Assembly (NCBI GenBank): GCA_000002435.2
Contig: CM018793.1
DNA: 64,000 nucleotides
Reading direction: 5' to 3' (one strand)
Source: Giardia intestinalis
Taxonomy: Eukaryota
Shown here piece by piece: positions 1-10,207 of this stretch (positions are counted from its first letter, which is position 1; each line of letters begins with the position of its first letter). The position numbers were made by a program, and so were the translations under genes. The notes below the pieces were generated by a model. That model made no database searches, was not told where the DNA came from, and saw nothing but the letters and a program-made list of their open reading frames with translations.

Positions 1-1
1 G

Positions 2-802
2 GCCGTCATCTTCATCGACGAGATTGACGCCCTTGCCTCTGCTAGGGGCGGCGGAGAGGAGAGCGACGCGTCTCGCCAGATCAAGACCGAGTTCCTCGTG
101 CAGATGCAGGGCGTCGGCAAGACCGGCGGGAACGTCCTGGTTCTGGGCGCGACAAACTACCCGGAGGCGCTCGACAGCGCCATCCGCCGCCGCTTCGAGA
201 AGCGCATCGAGATCGTCCTCCCAGACGCCGCTGCCAGAAAGAATATCCTACGAAGTGGTATCGGCTCCACGCCTAACGTGTTGACAGATAGTGACTTTGC
301 TGAGCTAGGAGAAAAGACAGCCAATTACTCTGGCTCCGATCTTAGTGTATTGTGCAGAGAGGCTCTCATGGTTCCGATTCGCGAACTACAGCGCGCTGAA
401 TACTTCACTAAAAAGGACGGGTTCTACTATCCATGCGAAGCCAACGATCCTGGTGCAGAGAAGCTTTCTCTAACCGATTTCACACTCAATAGTGACGATA
501 GAAAGCTCGGCGTGCCGCCGGTTACCAGGAGACATATGGACATGGCCCTGAGTACTACAAAATCCTCAGTTTCAAAAGCTGACATAGAAAGAATTAATAT
601 GTTTTCCAAAGAGTTCGGTGAAAGTGGTGCCTATAATCCAGACGTAGAAGCAGAACCAGAACAGAACCCAAGCCATGATCAACCGAAGGCAGATTCATCC
701 GCTTCTGCGGGGAATGCTGGTAAGAAGAATACATCTCCTGCAAAGAAGTCGCATTCGAGGGCATCTACGGGTGGATCAAAATCTGGAAAAACTTCCAAGT
801 AA
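2..802 (+). CDS. AAA+ ATPase of the meiotic clade (Vps4/katanin/spastin type), C-terminal part; 5' end lies outside the window
   Basis: Frame 2 reads AVIFIDEIDALA (Walker B DEID) then NVLVLGATNYPEALDSAIRRRFEKRIEIVLPD, the sensor-1 / arginine-finger region of Vps4-type AAA ATPases. A C-terminal extension ends in a K/S-rich tail. Stop TAA at 800-802 is embedded in AGTAAAT. The track start at 98 is a GTG, not a real start. Confidence 0.8.
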   Translation, partial: AVIFIDEIDALASARGGGEESDASRQIKTEFLVQMQGVGKTGGNVLVLGATNYPEALDSAIRRRFEKRIEIVLPDAAARKNILRSGIGSTPNVLTDSDFAELGEKTANYSGSDLSVLCREALMVPIRELQRAEYFTKKDGFYYPCEANDPGAEKLSLTDFTLNSDDRKLGVPPVTRRHMDMALSTTKSSVSKADIERINMFSKEFGESGAYNPDVEAEPEQNPSHDQPKADSSASAGNAGKKNTSPAKKSHSRASTGGSKSGKTSK

Positions 803-812
803 ATAAAAATGA

Positions 813-2441
813 ATGGATCCTAATGTAGCCATGCGCTTTGTTCAGGATAAGTTGACGCTCTACCGCAAGCGCATGGATGTGAGCGCAATCAAAGATTTGA
901 TATCCAGAATCAGAGTTTTGAAAACACCGGAGGACGCCGAGGATCTCGTGATGAGGGTCATTCTTTGCTCAACCGGAGCTATGATTACGAGCGATATCTA
1001 TGCGAATATTGTAACCGCACTAGAGTCCCAAGGATCGGACATTTTCAAAGCAAGCGCGATTCTGTCTCTGGGTAATACGACTCCATTTTATTCTGTACAT
1101 GAGGACCACCTAATCCTGACCTCAGGCGTGCAGAAACATACACGCGAGACTATCTCCAATACTATCAAGCTTCGCATAGCCTTTCTGCAGAGACATCTTT
1201 TGCAGTATGTTAATACTACCTTTCCCATTGGCTCTAAGGATGCGCTGTTTGCTTCGTGTTTAAATTCTTGTAAGCACCTCTCATCACTAGCTTTGCTGGA
1301 AGGAAATAACAGCTCTTGTGTCCTGGTTGCGGGAGTGCTCCATGACACTCACGACGCTTTGCAACTAGAAGATGAAACTGCCCTTGTTACTTTGTTATTA
1401 GACAAAATAAAATACAACAATATTCAAAATTTTGACACATTTTTTTTAGAAAATCAGACTCAAGTTTCCTTGCCTCTTCTAAACCAGGCAGTTGTGGCAG
1501 TGGTTGGATCGGTGGAAGGCGGGAAGCTACGGGCTAACGCAATATTTACTCCACTGATCGAAACGCCGGAGAGCTTCAATGCCTTGATGGGCACAGATAA
1601 GACGCCTGCATATAAAAGCATCTTCAGTACAGTTCATACAAACACACCCGAATTCGGTTTAGTATTTTCCCAGGTATTCTTCTCCGACAGTCGATGTGTT
1701 AATGACCTCCTGCTCATGCTAAAAGAATACGACAGGAACACAGAGAGCAAACACATACCTTCGCACATAATTATTTTCGGAGTTTTTTGCGAGGGAAGAC
1801 AATCTTCTCCGTCTAATGCGCTTCTGAACATAAAAAAGTTTCTTGATGCGTTAATTACCGAGCAGCTGACCAAGATGACTGAACATACACTTTTTGTGTT
1901 TGCTCCCCACAAAGCTGACCCGTCATTGACAGGTGATGTATATCCTCGACAACTCTTTTCCAAAAAAACTGTCGATACATTAAGGACAGACTATCAGACA
2001 CTAAAGCTGTCCTTTCCCACAACGCCATTCCACCTCGCGTACGGGCACCAAACATTAGTACTTTCGAGCATGCCCCATGAGGAAGTATTTCTCAATCTCA
2101 CAAAAGATAGTACAGTGATGACGGAGATTGAGGAGTACTATGCGACGCACGAGGAGCTCGCAAACTTCATCGTCGCCCAGAAAAACTTATTTCCATTTCC
2201 CCACAGCACGGCCCCTTGGCTCTGGGGCGCAGACCCTTTGCTAAATCTTCTTCCACTTCCAAATAGCATTATACTAGCTGATGGTGCGTTTGCACGGTGT
2301 TCTGTAGCTTCGGGAGTAACTGTTGCGAGTCCTGGAAGTTTTTATACTGATAGAACGTATGTTGTCTTCCACGCGGCCAAAACCAACTCACCCATTGACA
2401 TTCTTCAATTGAGCAAGCAGATGGACAGCGCAGAGTTGTAA
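813..2441 (+). CDS. hypothetical protein (542 aa)
   Basis: Long ATG-initiated ORF beginning 11 nt after the upstream stop. No motif recognised. Antisense ORFs inside it (1088-1348, 1634-1963, 1855-2055) are treated as spurious. Confidence 0.6.
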   Translation: MDPNVAMRFVQDKLTLYRKRMDVSAIKDLISRIRVLKTPEDAEDLVMRVILCSTGAMITSDIYANIVTALESQGSDIFKASAILSLGNTTPFYSVHEDHLILTSGVQKHTRETISNTIKLRIAFLQRHLLQYVNTTFPIGSKDALFASCLNSCKHLSSLALLEGNNSSCVLVAGVLHDTHDALQLEDETALVTLLLDKIKYNNIQNFDTFFLENQTQVSLPLLNQAVVAVVGSVEGGKLRANAIFTPLIETPESFNALMGTDKTPAYKSIFSTVHTNTPEFGLVFSQVFFSDSRCVNDLLLMLKEYDRNTESKHIPSHIIIFGVFCEGRQSSPSNALLNIKKFLDALITEQLTKMTEHTLFVFAPHKADPSLTGDVYPRQLFSKKTVDTLRTDYQTLKLSFPTTPFHLAYGHQTLVLSSMPHEEVFLNLTKDSTVMTEIEEYYATHEELANFIVAQKNLFPFPHSTAPWLWGADPLLNLLPLPNSIILADGAFARCSVASGVTVASPGSFYTDRTYVVFHAAKTNSPIDILQLSKQMDSAEL

Positions 2442-2471
2442 ATAACTAAGTCTACAGGAAAATCACGAGGA

Positions 2472-3257
2472 TCACATGATGAAGCACCCACCCTGCTTAT
2501 CCGCAGAGCTCTTGAAGTTGTCCCACGACGCGCCATCAATGAAATCATAGTCGTCTGCGACACCTCTGGCCAGACAGAGGACAGACCGGACGATCGACTC
2601 GGTATACACGCTCACCTCAGCCCAACGTAGCTCTCTGTCGAGCACAAAGTTGCGCATTTGTGCCTTTAGCTGCTGATCTACCACATTCTCAACATTGCAA
2701 ACAGCCAAGATGTGTGGCACAAAGCGAGGAGCAGTCATGGCACGCTTCAAGGTGTCTAGTGTCAGGCCAGAGGAAGGATCAGACGACGCTGGGAGAAGAG
2801 CCGCATTATAGATGCTCTGGAGTCGGACAGACTCTTTTCTGAGGATGACAGTCACCTCGTCTACGTGTGCCTTCATGAAGGCTACTGATGCGTCTGAGGA
2901 CAGATCGCAAACGAAGACACATGCAGAAGTAAGAGGATAGTCCTTCTGAATTCTTGTTATCCCCTTTTCAGGCACATTAATAATCTTAAGGCACAACTGC
3001 TTGCTGTCGATGAAGCTGGCAACCGTTAGAGAGTTGCTTTTTTCTCCCTTTTCCCCGCACGGAATCTGAAAATACTCTCGCAAAAGCTCAAATAGTTGTG
3101 TCTTACTAGAGTCATCTGTCCCCAGCAACAGTATAGTGAGCGTGTATTCCCGTGATTCCTGGGGCCGTGGGGCTGTCCTCTCTTCTATCAAAGATACTAT
3201 TGATTCAACAACTGCCGGCTTGAGTGGCGCTGTTGTAGAATTAACGATTACTTCCAT
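2472..3257 (-). CDS. divergent Ras-superfamily-like small GTPase with degenerate P-loop and C-terminal CaaX-like box
   Basis: ILLLGTDDSSKT sits where the P-loop GxxxxGK[ST] would be, with G replaced by S. CVFVCDLSS, AVCNVEN and YTESIV sit roughly where the beta4, NKxD and SAK elements would be. The protein ends in CFIM. AT-rich element cacaaaaaagATG upstream. Confidence 0.4.
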   Translation of the reverse strand: MEVIVNSTTAPLKPAVVESIVSLIEERTAPRPQESREYTLTILLLGTDDSSKTQLFELLREYFQIPCGEKGEKSNSLTVASFIDSKQLCLKIINVPEKGITRIQKDYPLTSACVFVCDLSSDASVAFMKAHVDEVTVILRKESVRLQSIYNAALLPASSDPSSGLTLDTLKRAMTAPRFVPHILAVCNVENVVDQQLKAQMRNFVLDRELRWAEVSVYTESIVRSVLCLARGVADDYDFIDGASWDNFKSSADKQGGCFIM

Positions 3258-3350
3258 CTTTTTTGTGATGATGGCAGAATTTAAGTTTTTTGTCCTCTCT
3301 TGATTCTGTTCTGGAGATCTAAAGCCGGGGCCGTTTTTACTGCTTACCCC

Positions 3351-4106
3351 CTACTTCTTGCGTCCACGGCCCTGCACCTGCTCCAGTTGTGTCAATATCT
3401 TCTGTCCCTGGCCTTTGTCTCCACTGTGCTCGTCCATATAGCAGACATAGAACTTCAGCACGGTTTCAAAGAAGGGACAGGGGCCACATAGCGCGAGAAT
3501 AGAGCGCTGGAAGACGTAAAGATCGACAGCCATCGTCTCTGGGGTGATTGGCGACCTAGAGGCTAACCCAAAATCTATGACACTGAGCCTGCGCTCATCT
3601 CTATTATAAAGTAAATTACTTGTAGTCAGGTCGTTATGAACTATGCGAGCCATATGAAGCCTCGCAATGGTAGACCCTACGAGCTTTGCAAACGCCTCAT
3701 CGAATAATAAATCGGTGCTGTCAGCCAGGTGGGTGGAGACGGAGGAATCACGTATCCAGGACATGTATATACACCCGTTGGGCTCATCAACATAAAGCAC
3801 ACTAGGAACAGCTAGGCCAGCTGCGTGTGCCGCTTCCAAGGCTCGTGCTTCAGCTCTAGTTCGCCTCTGTCGAATCTGCCTGTCTAGTGCAGGGTGCCTG
3901 TATTCTTTAGGGAAGCGGTGCTTTGCGATAGCATCCTTCCCTGACGTGGACAGAGTCCCGGAATAGATGCGCGCCTCAGCGCCCTGAAATAGAAGGGAGC
4001 AGTTGTCCAGGGCTACGGTGAAGTTAGATGTGCCTGGAGGTCCCGTTTTCATTGCCGTGGTCCCAGATTCAATCATTAAAACTTTTTGACCACATGTTCC
4101 CCTCAT
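3351..4106 (-). CDS. BUD32: Bud32/PRPK (TP53RK) atypical protein kinase, KEOPS complex subunit
   Basis: LLFQGAEARIYSG, KHRFPKEYRHPALDRQIRQRRTRAEARAL, IVHNDLTTSNLL (Bud32 HxDLTTSN signature) and IDFGL. The track start at 4118 is TTG; the first ATG is at 4106. Confidence 0.8.
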   Translation of the reverse strand: MRGTCGQKVLMIESGTTAMKTGPPGTSNFTVALDNCSLLFQGAEARIYSGTLSTSGKDAIAKHRFPKEYRHPALDRQIRQRRTRAEARALEAAHAAGLAVPSVLYVDEPNGCIYMSWIRDSSVSTHLADSTDLLFDEAFAKLVGSTIARLHMARIVHNDLTTSNLLYNRDERRLSVIDFGLASRSPITPETMAVDLYVFQRSILALCGPCPFFETVLKFYVCYMDEHSGDKGQGQKILTQLEQVQGRGRKK

Positions 4107-7100
4107 TGCATTTGTCAATTAGGCCGAACTTTTCGCAGAGGAGTGTCATTGGTGTGGCCATCTACACCTACTCCACTCCCCTCAAGCTTCCCCTTCCCAT
4201 TATACCCATATTCTGCAGGTCTTCTATCATCAAACAAATTCTGCTTAATGGTATTGAATGCCCTTCAGAGGCTTTGTTTCCCATCAACCACAGCTTACTA
4301 TACTCGGCGGAAAGTGCACCGAAACCCTCAAAGTCTTACACCTCTCTTTTAGACCTTCAGGATCTCGTTTACACAGCGCGCACCGTCAGGTACCGTGTCG
4401 GGGACTTCTATTTAGATCTCAGCTCACTTCTTCCTCAGTTTGCTTTAGCGGAACAACTCAAGGCATCAAGCACGGCATTGGGTGGATCCCTGGACCCAGA
4501 CGCTACAGACACCGTCAAGGATCCGCTACACGCATCAGCTGCAGCCCCCCGATTCAACCTCATGACCATCACTATTATTTTCGAGACCTGCAACAGATCT
4601 CTTTTTATTGAGTACCCCAGTACCTCCACTCTCATGTCTGGACGGCTGAGCACAATGTTAGTCGTTGGAAACACTGGCAACTCAGCTGATTGGTTGCCCA
4701 TTCCATTGTTTTCTATGTCGGTTAGCCACAACATTACTCTTCAGTTCGCTTCGTTACCACAGGAGTATAGGCCAATCTGTGGGGGCCGGCTGTGTATCTG
4801 CAGCCGAGCTGGTAGTCAATCTCTTCCCGCTACACAGGTCACATGTGCCTCGACGGGATATCTATTTACGGATCTTTTCGGGAGTTTGCACAAGCTGTGC
4901 TTTATTATTGCACGTGCTAATGGATTTCTTCACATGGAACCCTTCCATACTCCAGATGCTAAGAATGTAAAAGATGGAACATCAGCTAATAGAAAGGAGT
5001 CTCAGCATAGCTTTGACTTCCTCAGAACAGAGTACCATAAGCTTATTGACCAGCACAGAACAATTAGTATTTACGAATTAGTGAGATTGTCACCAATTCT
5101 CCAAAGCATCTTCACGTTTCCTCATAACGCCAAAGATGGAGGGTTCATCGGGTTAAATCTCGTTTGCTATACATTAACAAATATGAGGCAGTACGATCTT
5201 TCTGCACAGGTGTATACTCTTTATAAAGCGTTTAGGCTGGCCATAGACTTCCTGTCACTCACACCGCACAGGGGCCGAAATTTCAATATTGCTATCTTTT
5301 TTGATGGCTGTGGTCGCACGATAATCGGAAATGGCATCATTGTTATCCCACTGATGCCCTGCAACTATATGGCTGCATGCATGAGCTATATGAGGGTTAT
5401 TTCCGAGGTCGTCGCCAAGTACATATTTGGGGTTCACGTTCCCGCTGCAGACTACGCTAGTCAGCCCGTATGCACGGTTCTTCAGCAGGCTCTCATGCTT
5501 CACATACGGCACGCGTTGCTTGGTGCTGTGGATACTCGTCGGTTCTATTACGAAGTGAGCATTCGAGGGGCGTCGGAGGTTTCCGCGTCAAGTCCTGCAC
5601 TTTGGCATCAGTACCTTACGCATGATGTTGAAGAACGGTACAACCCAGGCCAGTTTTACCTCCATCACATCAAGGGAGCTCTCAATTATGGCTTGTATGG
5701 CACACCAATGGATAGGATTGATGGCCTCTTGAAGAATGTTGGCTGTACATCCAAAGGCACACTGAACGCCAGCATAAAAAAGGCATCAATCAAGGCACCT
5801 GCGTGCATAAGTCATCTGGAGGCAGTCTATAACTTCTTAGATACTTCTTTCGGCACATCCTACAGCGTAAAGCCAAGCAATAAAAATGTATGGTTAGCAG
5901 AAAGTGACAAGGATCGCTTGCACTTTCTGAACAGTCAGGGATCATATAAAAGCGCAAATTTGAAGCTGAAGAAAGGGAAAAAGTCCCATGCCTCAAAGTC
6001 CCACGAGTACTATCCGTCCGATTGCCAGATTTATACCACACATTTAAAGGAAACAAATCCTATTGAGGTTGCTGCGCTGACAGCAGACAAGTCTCGATGG
6101 TTTAATCATAATACTCTTTACAATGTTGATTTTCTATTGAATTTGTATCGATCAACAGCCGCAACAGCTTTCACACAGATGGGTGCACTCACTAATAAGC
6201 ATGTAGAAGATCTTGCGCAGACAACTATCCATCATTCCAAACATGCAGTCTCATTGGATCCAGATAACTTCTCGCTCGGCAATTCCTTTTCCTCTCCTAC
6301 TATGCCGCGTAAGATGGGGATGCAGCTCTCAACGGCACTTAAGGTAGACCAGTCTTTTGAGGTTGATGATGTTGTGACAGATTTCGGTGTAGACATTGAT
6401 AGTCAATCGGCAGCATCAAGTTCAGTTTTTGCTGGAGGAAAGCAATCTGGAACGTTCCGTAGCGTCGATACCCAAGCAGCATATACACTGTACGGCACTC
6501 AGAAGTCCGGGATTCTCAAAGGAAGCCAGTACTCGGCCAATATGTCTGACGGAGTAGATGGCGATTCAGCCCTTCTACTGTCGCTTAAGCGACCCATGGA
6601 TGCATGCATTCAATCACTGGCCAACTCTCTTTGCCTGGACATGGAATCGCTGTCTTTGATGTACTTTTATATTAATGAGCCATTCTTCCCCATAGCATAT
6701 GCGGTTCCCGAAGATAAGATCCGCACCCGTGCAGAGATTATTGGGATGACCATCAGGAACAACCTCACTACTCAGGGTTTTCGCAGCTTTCTCCAGAGCT
6801 TTCTTGACATAGGGTATGTGCAAATTAATTTGTTCTTTAAGTTCCTGGACGAGGTTTGCTCAAATAAAAGCTACTTCACCGGGGGAACGTGGCTTAAGAC
6901 AGTAGCAAGCGATGCACCAGACATTTCTCCGGAGAAAGATGCAGGGGTTGACTTTCCGGATCCTAACCTTTCACTTTTGCCCGACACAGGTGAGTATAGT
7001 TTGAACATCACAGTACTAAAAGGAGCCGCTGGAGCGGGTGAAGGCTTCTCTGCTGAGCAGTACAAGTTGGGCCACGAAACGCTTCATGCCAGTTTTTCTT

Positions 7101-10100
7101 TAGATGCTTCTTTACGTGAAGCCTCTTTTGACCCTAGAGCTGATATTGAAGGTGTTTACGCTAGTATGTCTCCTACAGCACGACTCGGTGACGACGGATA
7201 TAATAAGCTCGAACAAAACCAAAGCGACACACAAGCAGCTTCCAGTCCTCATCCATTTACATTTCTAATCCACAAATTGGGTATTATGCCCAATTACATA
7301 TCAATAGCATACTCCTGTCAGCAGGATAGCACAAACAATCAGTTCACAGACCAATTTGATATCATTCTCTTAAATATGACTACAGGGCTAACAGACTGTT
7401 TAAAAGACACATGCACGAAAATAGGTCTACCATTAATCAATAGAGGAGAGTCTGCGGCTGGATGCAGACGCTTGCTATTCTTCCCCAACATAGAAGGGCC
7501 ACATGAGTTCAGCAAGAGCTACGATTTTACTACTTTTAGAGGCACTATGGCATCGGATGCTAACCTTGCGGTGCATGAAATTACTGACATGCAGCATGCG
7601 GAAAGACACGATAGCCGCTCCTTCACAGTTATAAAAGGCGCAAGCAGCAACCTTTATGCTAGCATTCATATGCTCCAGCAGCCGGGACGGATGGGCAGTG
7701 GTGGATCCGGGACCTTGAGCTTTAACCTGTTGACAAGGATTGGAAGTGAGTTTCTAGAGAATATAAAAGCTGAAACCTTTATTGAGAAGAGCTTTTACGA
7801 TACTATCAAGACCAAGAAGTTTGCACACGTGATTATAGACCCTTATAATCAGCTCCCGTTTGCATATAAGCACCACTATGCGGAAAAGAACGATAAAGAT
7901 AATAACAATTGCTACAGATCTATCGCCAAGGTCGATTGTGAACGAGACATAGCTGTGCAGCTAGAGTCTTTGAACTCACTTAGCTATAATTGTAACAATG
8001 ACGTCATTCCCCTTCTCTTGGGTATTCTTTATTCTGAGGCAGTAGCACCAGCACTCCAAGAGACCGCGTTCAAAATTCTCATCTATAAAATAACCCGCGA
8101 TAACTTCTATGAGGCTGTTAACAAAGAAATGAGCCGTCTTGAAATGAATAGCAAGGTTAAAGAGCAAAAGCAGTGGATTCTCTTGTTGAACATATACTTC
8201 TTCGGCCATAGACGCCTGTTGAACGCATTTCCCATTCTTCCAGATGGGTACACCGGGCTAACGGCACACAGATATGATCACGAATGCATTATGAAGCTAG
8301 ATGTAGGATCGTTGGTCGCTTATGCCCTGCTGTGTGGGTATGTCTCTATGTCCAAAGCCACTGACCTGCTCTCCTTGTTAAACAAGGACAGTGATACTGC
8401 CTCCTCTAGTCACGCACTAACGATAGCGGTTCTTCAGGCACTTACCTGGCAAATAATCCGTAAAGTGATCGTTATTAATACAGAAGTCTACATGGTCTTG
8501 CTCATCTTCATCAACTTTCTTATTAGCAACGCCACTATGATCTCTGTTCGCCGAATGGCCATTTGCTCGTTGACATTAATCGTATCGACGGCCTGGGAAA
8601 ATCCTGGAGTAGCGACTGCTCTTATTGATCTTTTCAATGAAAAGGAGCTTATTTCGGAAAAGATACGCCTCCTTATTAGTTGCTTATTTGGTGGTGGTTG
8701 TTGCGACCAGGATTTGCATGCTATTAGACCCAGTTTGCTCGATACAAAAGATCGTCCTAGATGCTCCTGTAATTGCTGCAACTGTGCACTTATAAACAGC
8801 GATAAATCACTCGGTCCCTTTATTATTATAAGGGTGATTTTTGTCCACATTCTGTTAGATATCATAGATTTATACCTTGAGAACAATAGAAATTCATCTG
8901 AATCCAGTATGGACGCGACACACCTGCATTACTCTCCAGCTGTGGCCGGGATGTTCATCAGCCGGGAGGTTGTGGACGAGTGCTTCCACTGCCTGGACTT
9001 GCTGGGAACAAATAACTACATGACCTCCAGCGACTCAACCGCGTACATCGTCCAGCCGCTCTCGAGCCGCTTCGTCGCGGCCCTGTACAGAGGGACGGTC
9101 TACTCCCAGACACACAGCATGGACCCGTGCAACCGCTACGCCATGTCCAACGCGGAGGCGCTGGTCTTCATGATGGCCTACGTGACCCATCTCTTCACCC
9201 TTCCCCTTAACGAGTCCAAACAGGTTGAGTGGGACGTGCTGCGCGGGTGCCCCGTATGCCTCGTCAACGGGGGCTGCCGGTGCGTACGAGTGAGCTGGCC
9301 TGCCGTCAGGAGCCCCGACTCAAAGTCTGCCCCACAGAACTACGTGACCGTTCGGTGCCTGACGTCGGACTTCTTCTGGACATACGAGCAAAGCTCTAGC
9401 AGCTATGCTAGCCTTGAGGAGTACTTCGATAAGCATTACGTGGCCCAGGACCCCATCACAGCCGCAGTGTTTGAAAACGGCAGGCTGGTCAACGCCCACT
9501 TCAATCCCAAGAAGCGCTACGACGCGGTCCTGTTCAGACGAGCGGACAGGGCGGACAGAGAAGACAATAGCACAAACCCCGAGCCCCGGGCGAGCTCGTG
9601 CTACCCGGAATTCATGCTTCCGTGCCTCTACAACCCGACCACGCGCATCAACTATCCCGGGTACCTATTCAGACAGTGCCTCTTCGACGCCGCGGGCTGC
9701 ATGATCGGGCAGTCTGTCGCATCCCGGCTCATCGACATGCTCTTGTATCCGGCAGGGCCCCGGGTGCAGCAGAAGGAGGAAGCCGGCGATGCCTGCACTC
9801 CCGCCGCCTTAGAGTTGTTCAAGAGAGCAGCAGGATTTGGAGAAGACATGCCACTTCTTATCCTTAACGCCATCAGCACGCTGCACGGCGTGAATCTCCT
9901 TAGGGCTCTGCCGCCCTCTCAATTCGACAGTGAGGCAGAGATCGAGGCCCTGGCAGAGCACCAGAGGACGGCATCTTTCAAGGACGCACTGCTGGCAGCA
10001 ACGCACAGCCACAGCGAATACGTCAACGTTATGACGACGTTCTGCGAAGAGAATGTCACGCTGAAGGCGGGAATGAACGACAACGTGTGCAAGATGGAGC

Positions 10101-10207
10101 ACAACATGGGGTACCTCATCCACGCGCGGTATGAGTCGTCCAACGACCAGGTTCGAGGAACGGTGCTGCGGTTCGCTGGATTTGTAATAGGTTACATGCC
10201 CAACTGA
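4028..10207 (+). CDS. giant hypothetical protein (2059 aa); true start uncertain; last ~430 codons are GC-rich
   Basis: Uninterrupted 6.2 kb ORF from ATG 4028. It overlaps the Bud32 5' end antisense by about 79 nt, so the real start may be a downstream ATG. No recognised domain. Composition shifts from about 40% to about 60% GC at about 8910, where an in-frame ATG (8911) follows an AT-rich stretch. Confidence 0.6.
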   Translation: MCLEVPFSLPWSQIQSLKLFDHMFPSLHLSIRPNFSQRSVIGVAIYTYSTPLKLPLPIIPIFCRSSIIKQILLNGIECPSEALFPINHSLLYSAESAPKPSKSYTSLLDLQDLVYTARTVRYRVGDFYLDLSSLLPQFALAEQLKASSTALGGSLDPDATDTVKDPLHASAAAPRFNLMTITIIFETCNRSLFIEYPSTSTLMSGRLSTMLVVGNTGNSADWLPIPLFSMSVSHNITLQFASLPQEYRPICGGRLCICSRAGSQSLPATQVTCASTGYLFTDLFGSLHKLCFIIARANGFLHMEPFHTPDAKNVKDGTSANRKESQHSFDFLRTEYHKLIDQHRTISIYELVRLSPILQSIFTFPHNAKDGGFIGLNLVCYTLTNMRQYDLSAQVYTLYKAFRLAIDFLSLTPHRGRNFNIAIFFDGCGRTIIGNGIIVIPLMPCNYMAACMSYMRVISEVVAKYIFGVHVPAADYASQPVCTVLQQALMLHIRHALLGAVDTRRFYYEVSIRGASEVSASSPALWHQYLTHDVEERYNPGQFYLHHIKGALNYGLYGTPMDRIDGLLKNVGCTSKGTLNASIKKASIKAPACISHLEAVYNFLDTSFGTSYSVKPSNKNVWLAESDKDRLHFLNSQGSYKSANLKLKKGKKSHASKSHEYYPSDCQIYTTHLKETNPIEVAALTADKSRWFNHNTLYNVDFLLNLYRSTAATAFTQMGALTNKHVEDLAQTTIHHSKHAVSLDPDNFSLGNSFSSPTMPRKMGMQLSTALKVDQSFEVDDVVTDFGVDIDSQSAASSSVFAGGKQSGTFRSVDTQAAYTLYGTQKSGILKGSQYSANMSDGVDGDSALLLSLKRPMDACIQSLANSLCLDMESLSLMYFYINEPFFPIAYAVPEDKIRTRAEIIGMTIRNNLTTQGFRSFLQSFLDIGYVQINLFFKFLDEVCSNKSYFTGGTWLKTVASDAPDISPEKDAGVDFPDPNLSLLPDTGEYSLNITVLKGAAGAGEGFSAEQYKLGHETLHASFSLDASLREASFDPRADIEGVYASMSPTARLGDDGYNKLEQNQSDTQAASSPHPFTFLIHKLGIMPNYISIAYSCQQDSTNNQFTDQFDIILLNMTTGLTDCLKDTCTKIGLPLINRGESAAGCRRLLFFPNIEGPHEFSKSYDFTTFRGTMASDANLAVHEITDMQHAERHDSRSFTVIKGASSNLYASIHMLQQPGRMGSGGSGTLSFNLLTRIGSEFLENIKAETFIEKSFYDTIKTKKFAHVIIDPYNQLPFAYKHHYAEKNDKDNNNCYRSIAKVDCERDIAVQLESLNSLSYNCNNDVIPLLLGILYSEAVAPALQETAFKILIYKITRDNFYEAVNKEMSRLEMNSKVKEQKQWILLLNIYFFGHRRLLNAFPILPDGYTGLTAHRYDHECIMKLDVGSLVAYALLCGYVSMSKATDLLSLLNKDSDTASSSHALTIAVLQALTWQIIRKVIVINTEVYMVLLIFINFLISNATMISVRRMAICSLTLIVSTAWENPGVATALIDLFNEKELISEKIRLLISCLFGGGCCDQDLHAIRPSLLDTKDRPRCSCNCCNCALINSDKSLGPFIIIRVIFVHILLDIIDLYLENNRNSSESSMDATHLHYSPAVAGMFISREVVDECFHCLDLLGTNNYMTSSDSTAYIVQPLSSRFVAALYRGTVYSQTHSMDPCNRYAMSNAEALVFMMAYVTHLFTLPLNESKQVEWDVLRGCPVCLVNGGCRCVRVSWPAVRSPDSKSAPQNYVTVRCLTSDFFWTYEQSSSSYASLEEYFDKHYVAQDPITAAVFENGRLVNAHFNPKKRYDAVLFRRADRADREDNSTNPEPRASSCYPEFMLPCLYNPTTRINYPGYLFRQCLFDAAGCMIGQSVASRLIDMLLYPAGPRVQQKEEAGDACTPAALELFKRAAGFGEDMPLLILNAISTLHGVNLLRALPPSQFDSEAEIEALAEHQRTASFKDALLAATHSHSEYVNVMTTFCEENVTLKAGMNDNVCKMEHNMGYLIHARYESSNDQVRGTVLRFAGFVIGYMPN

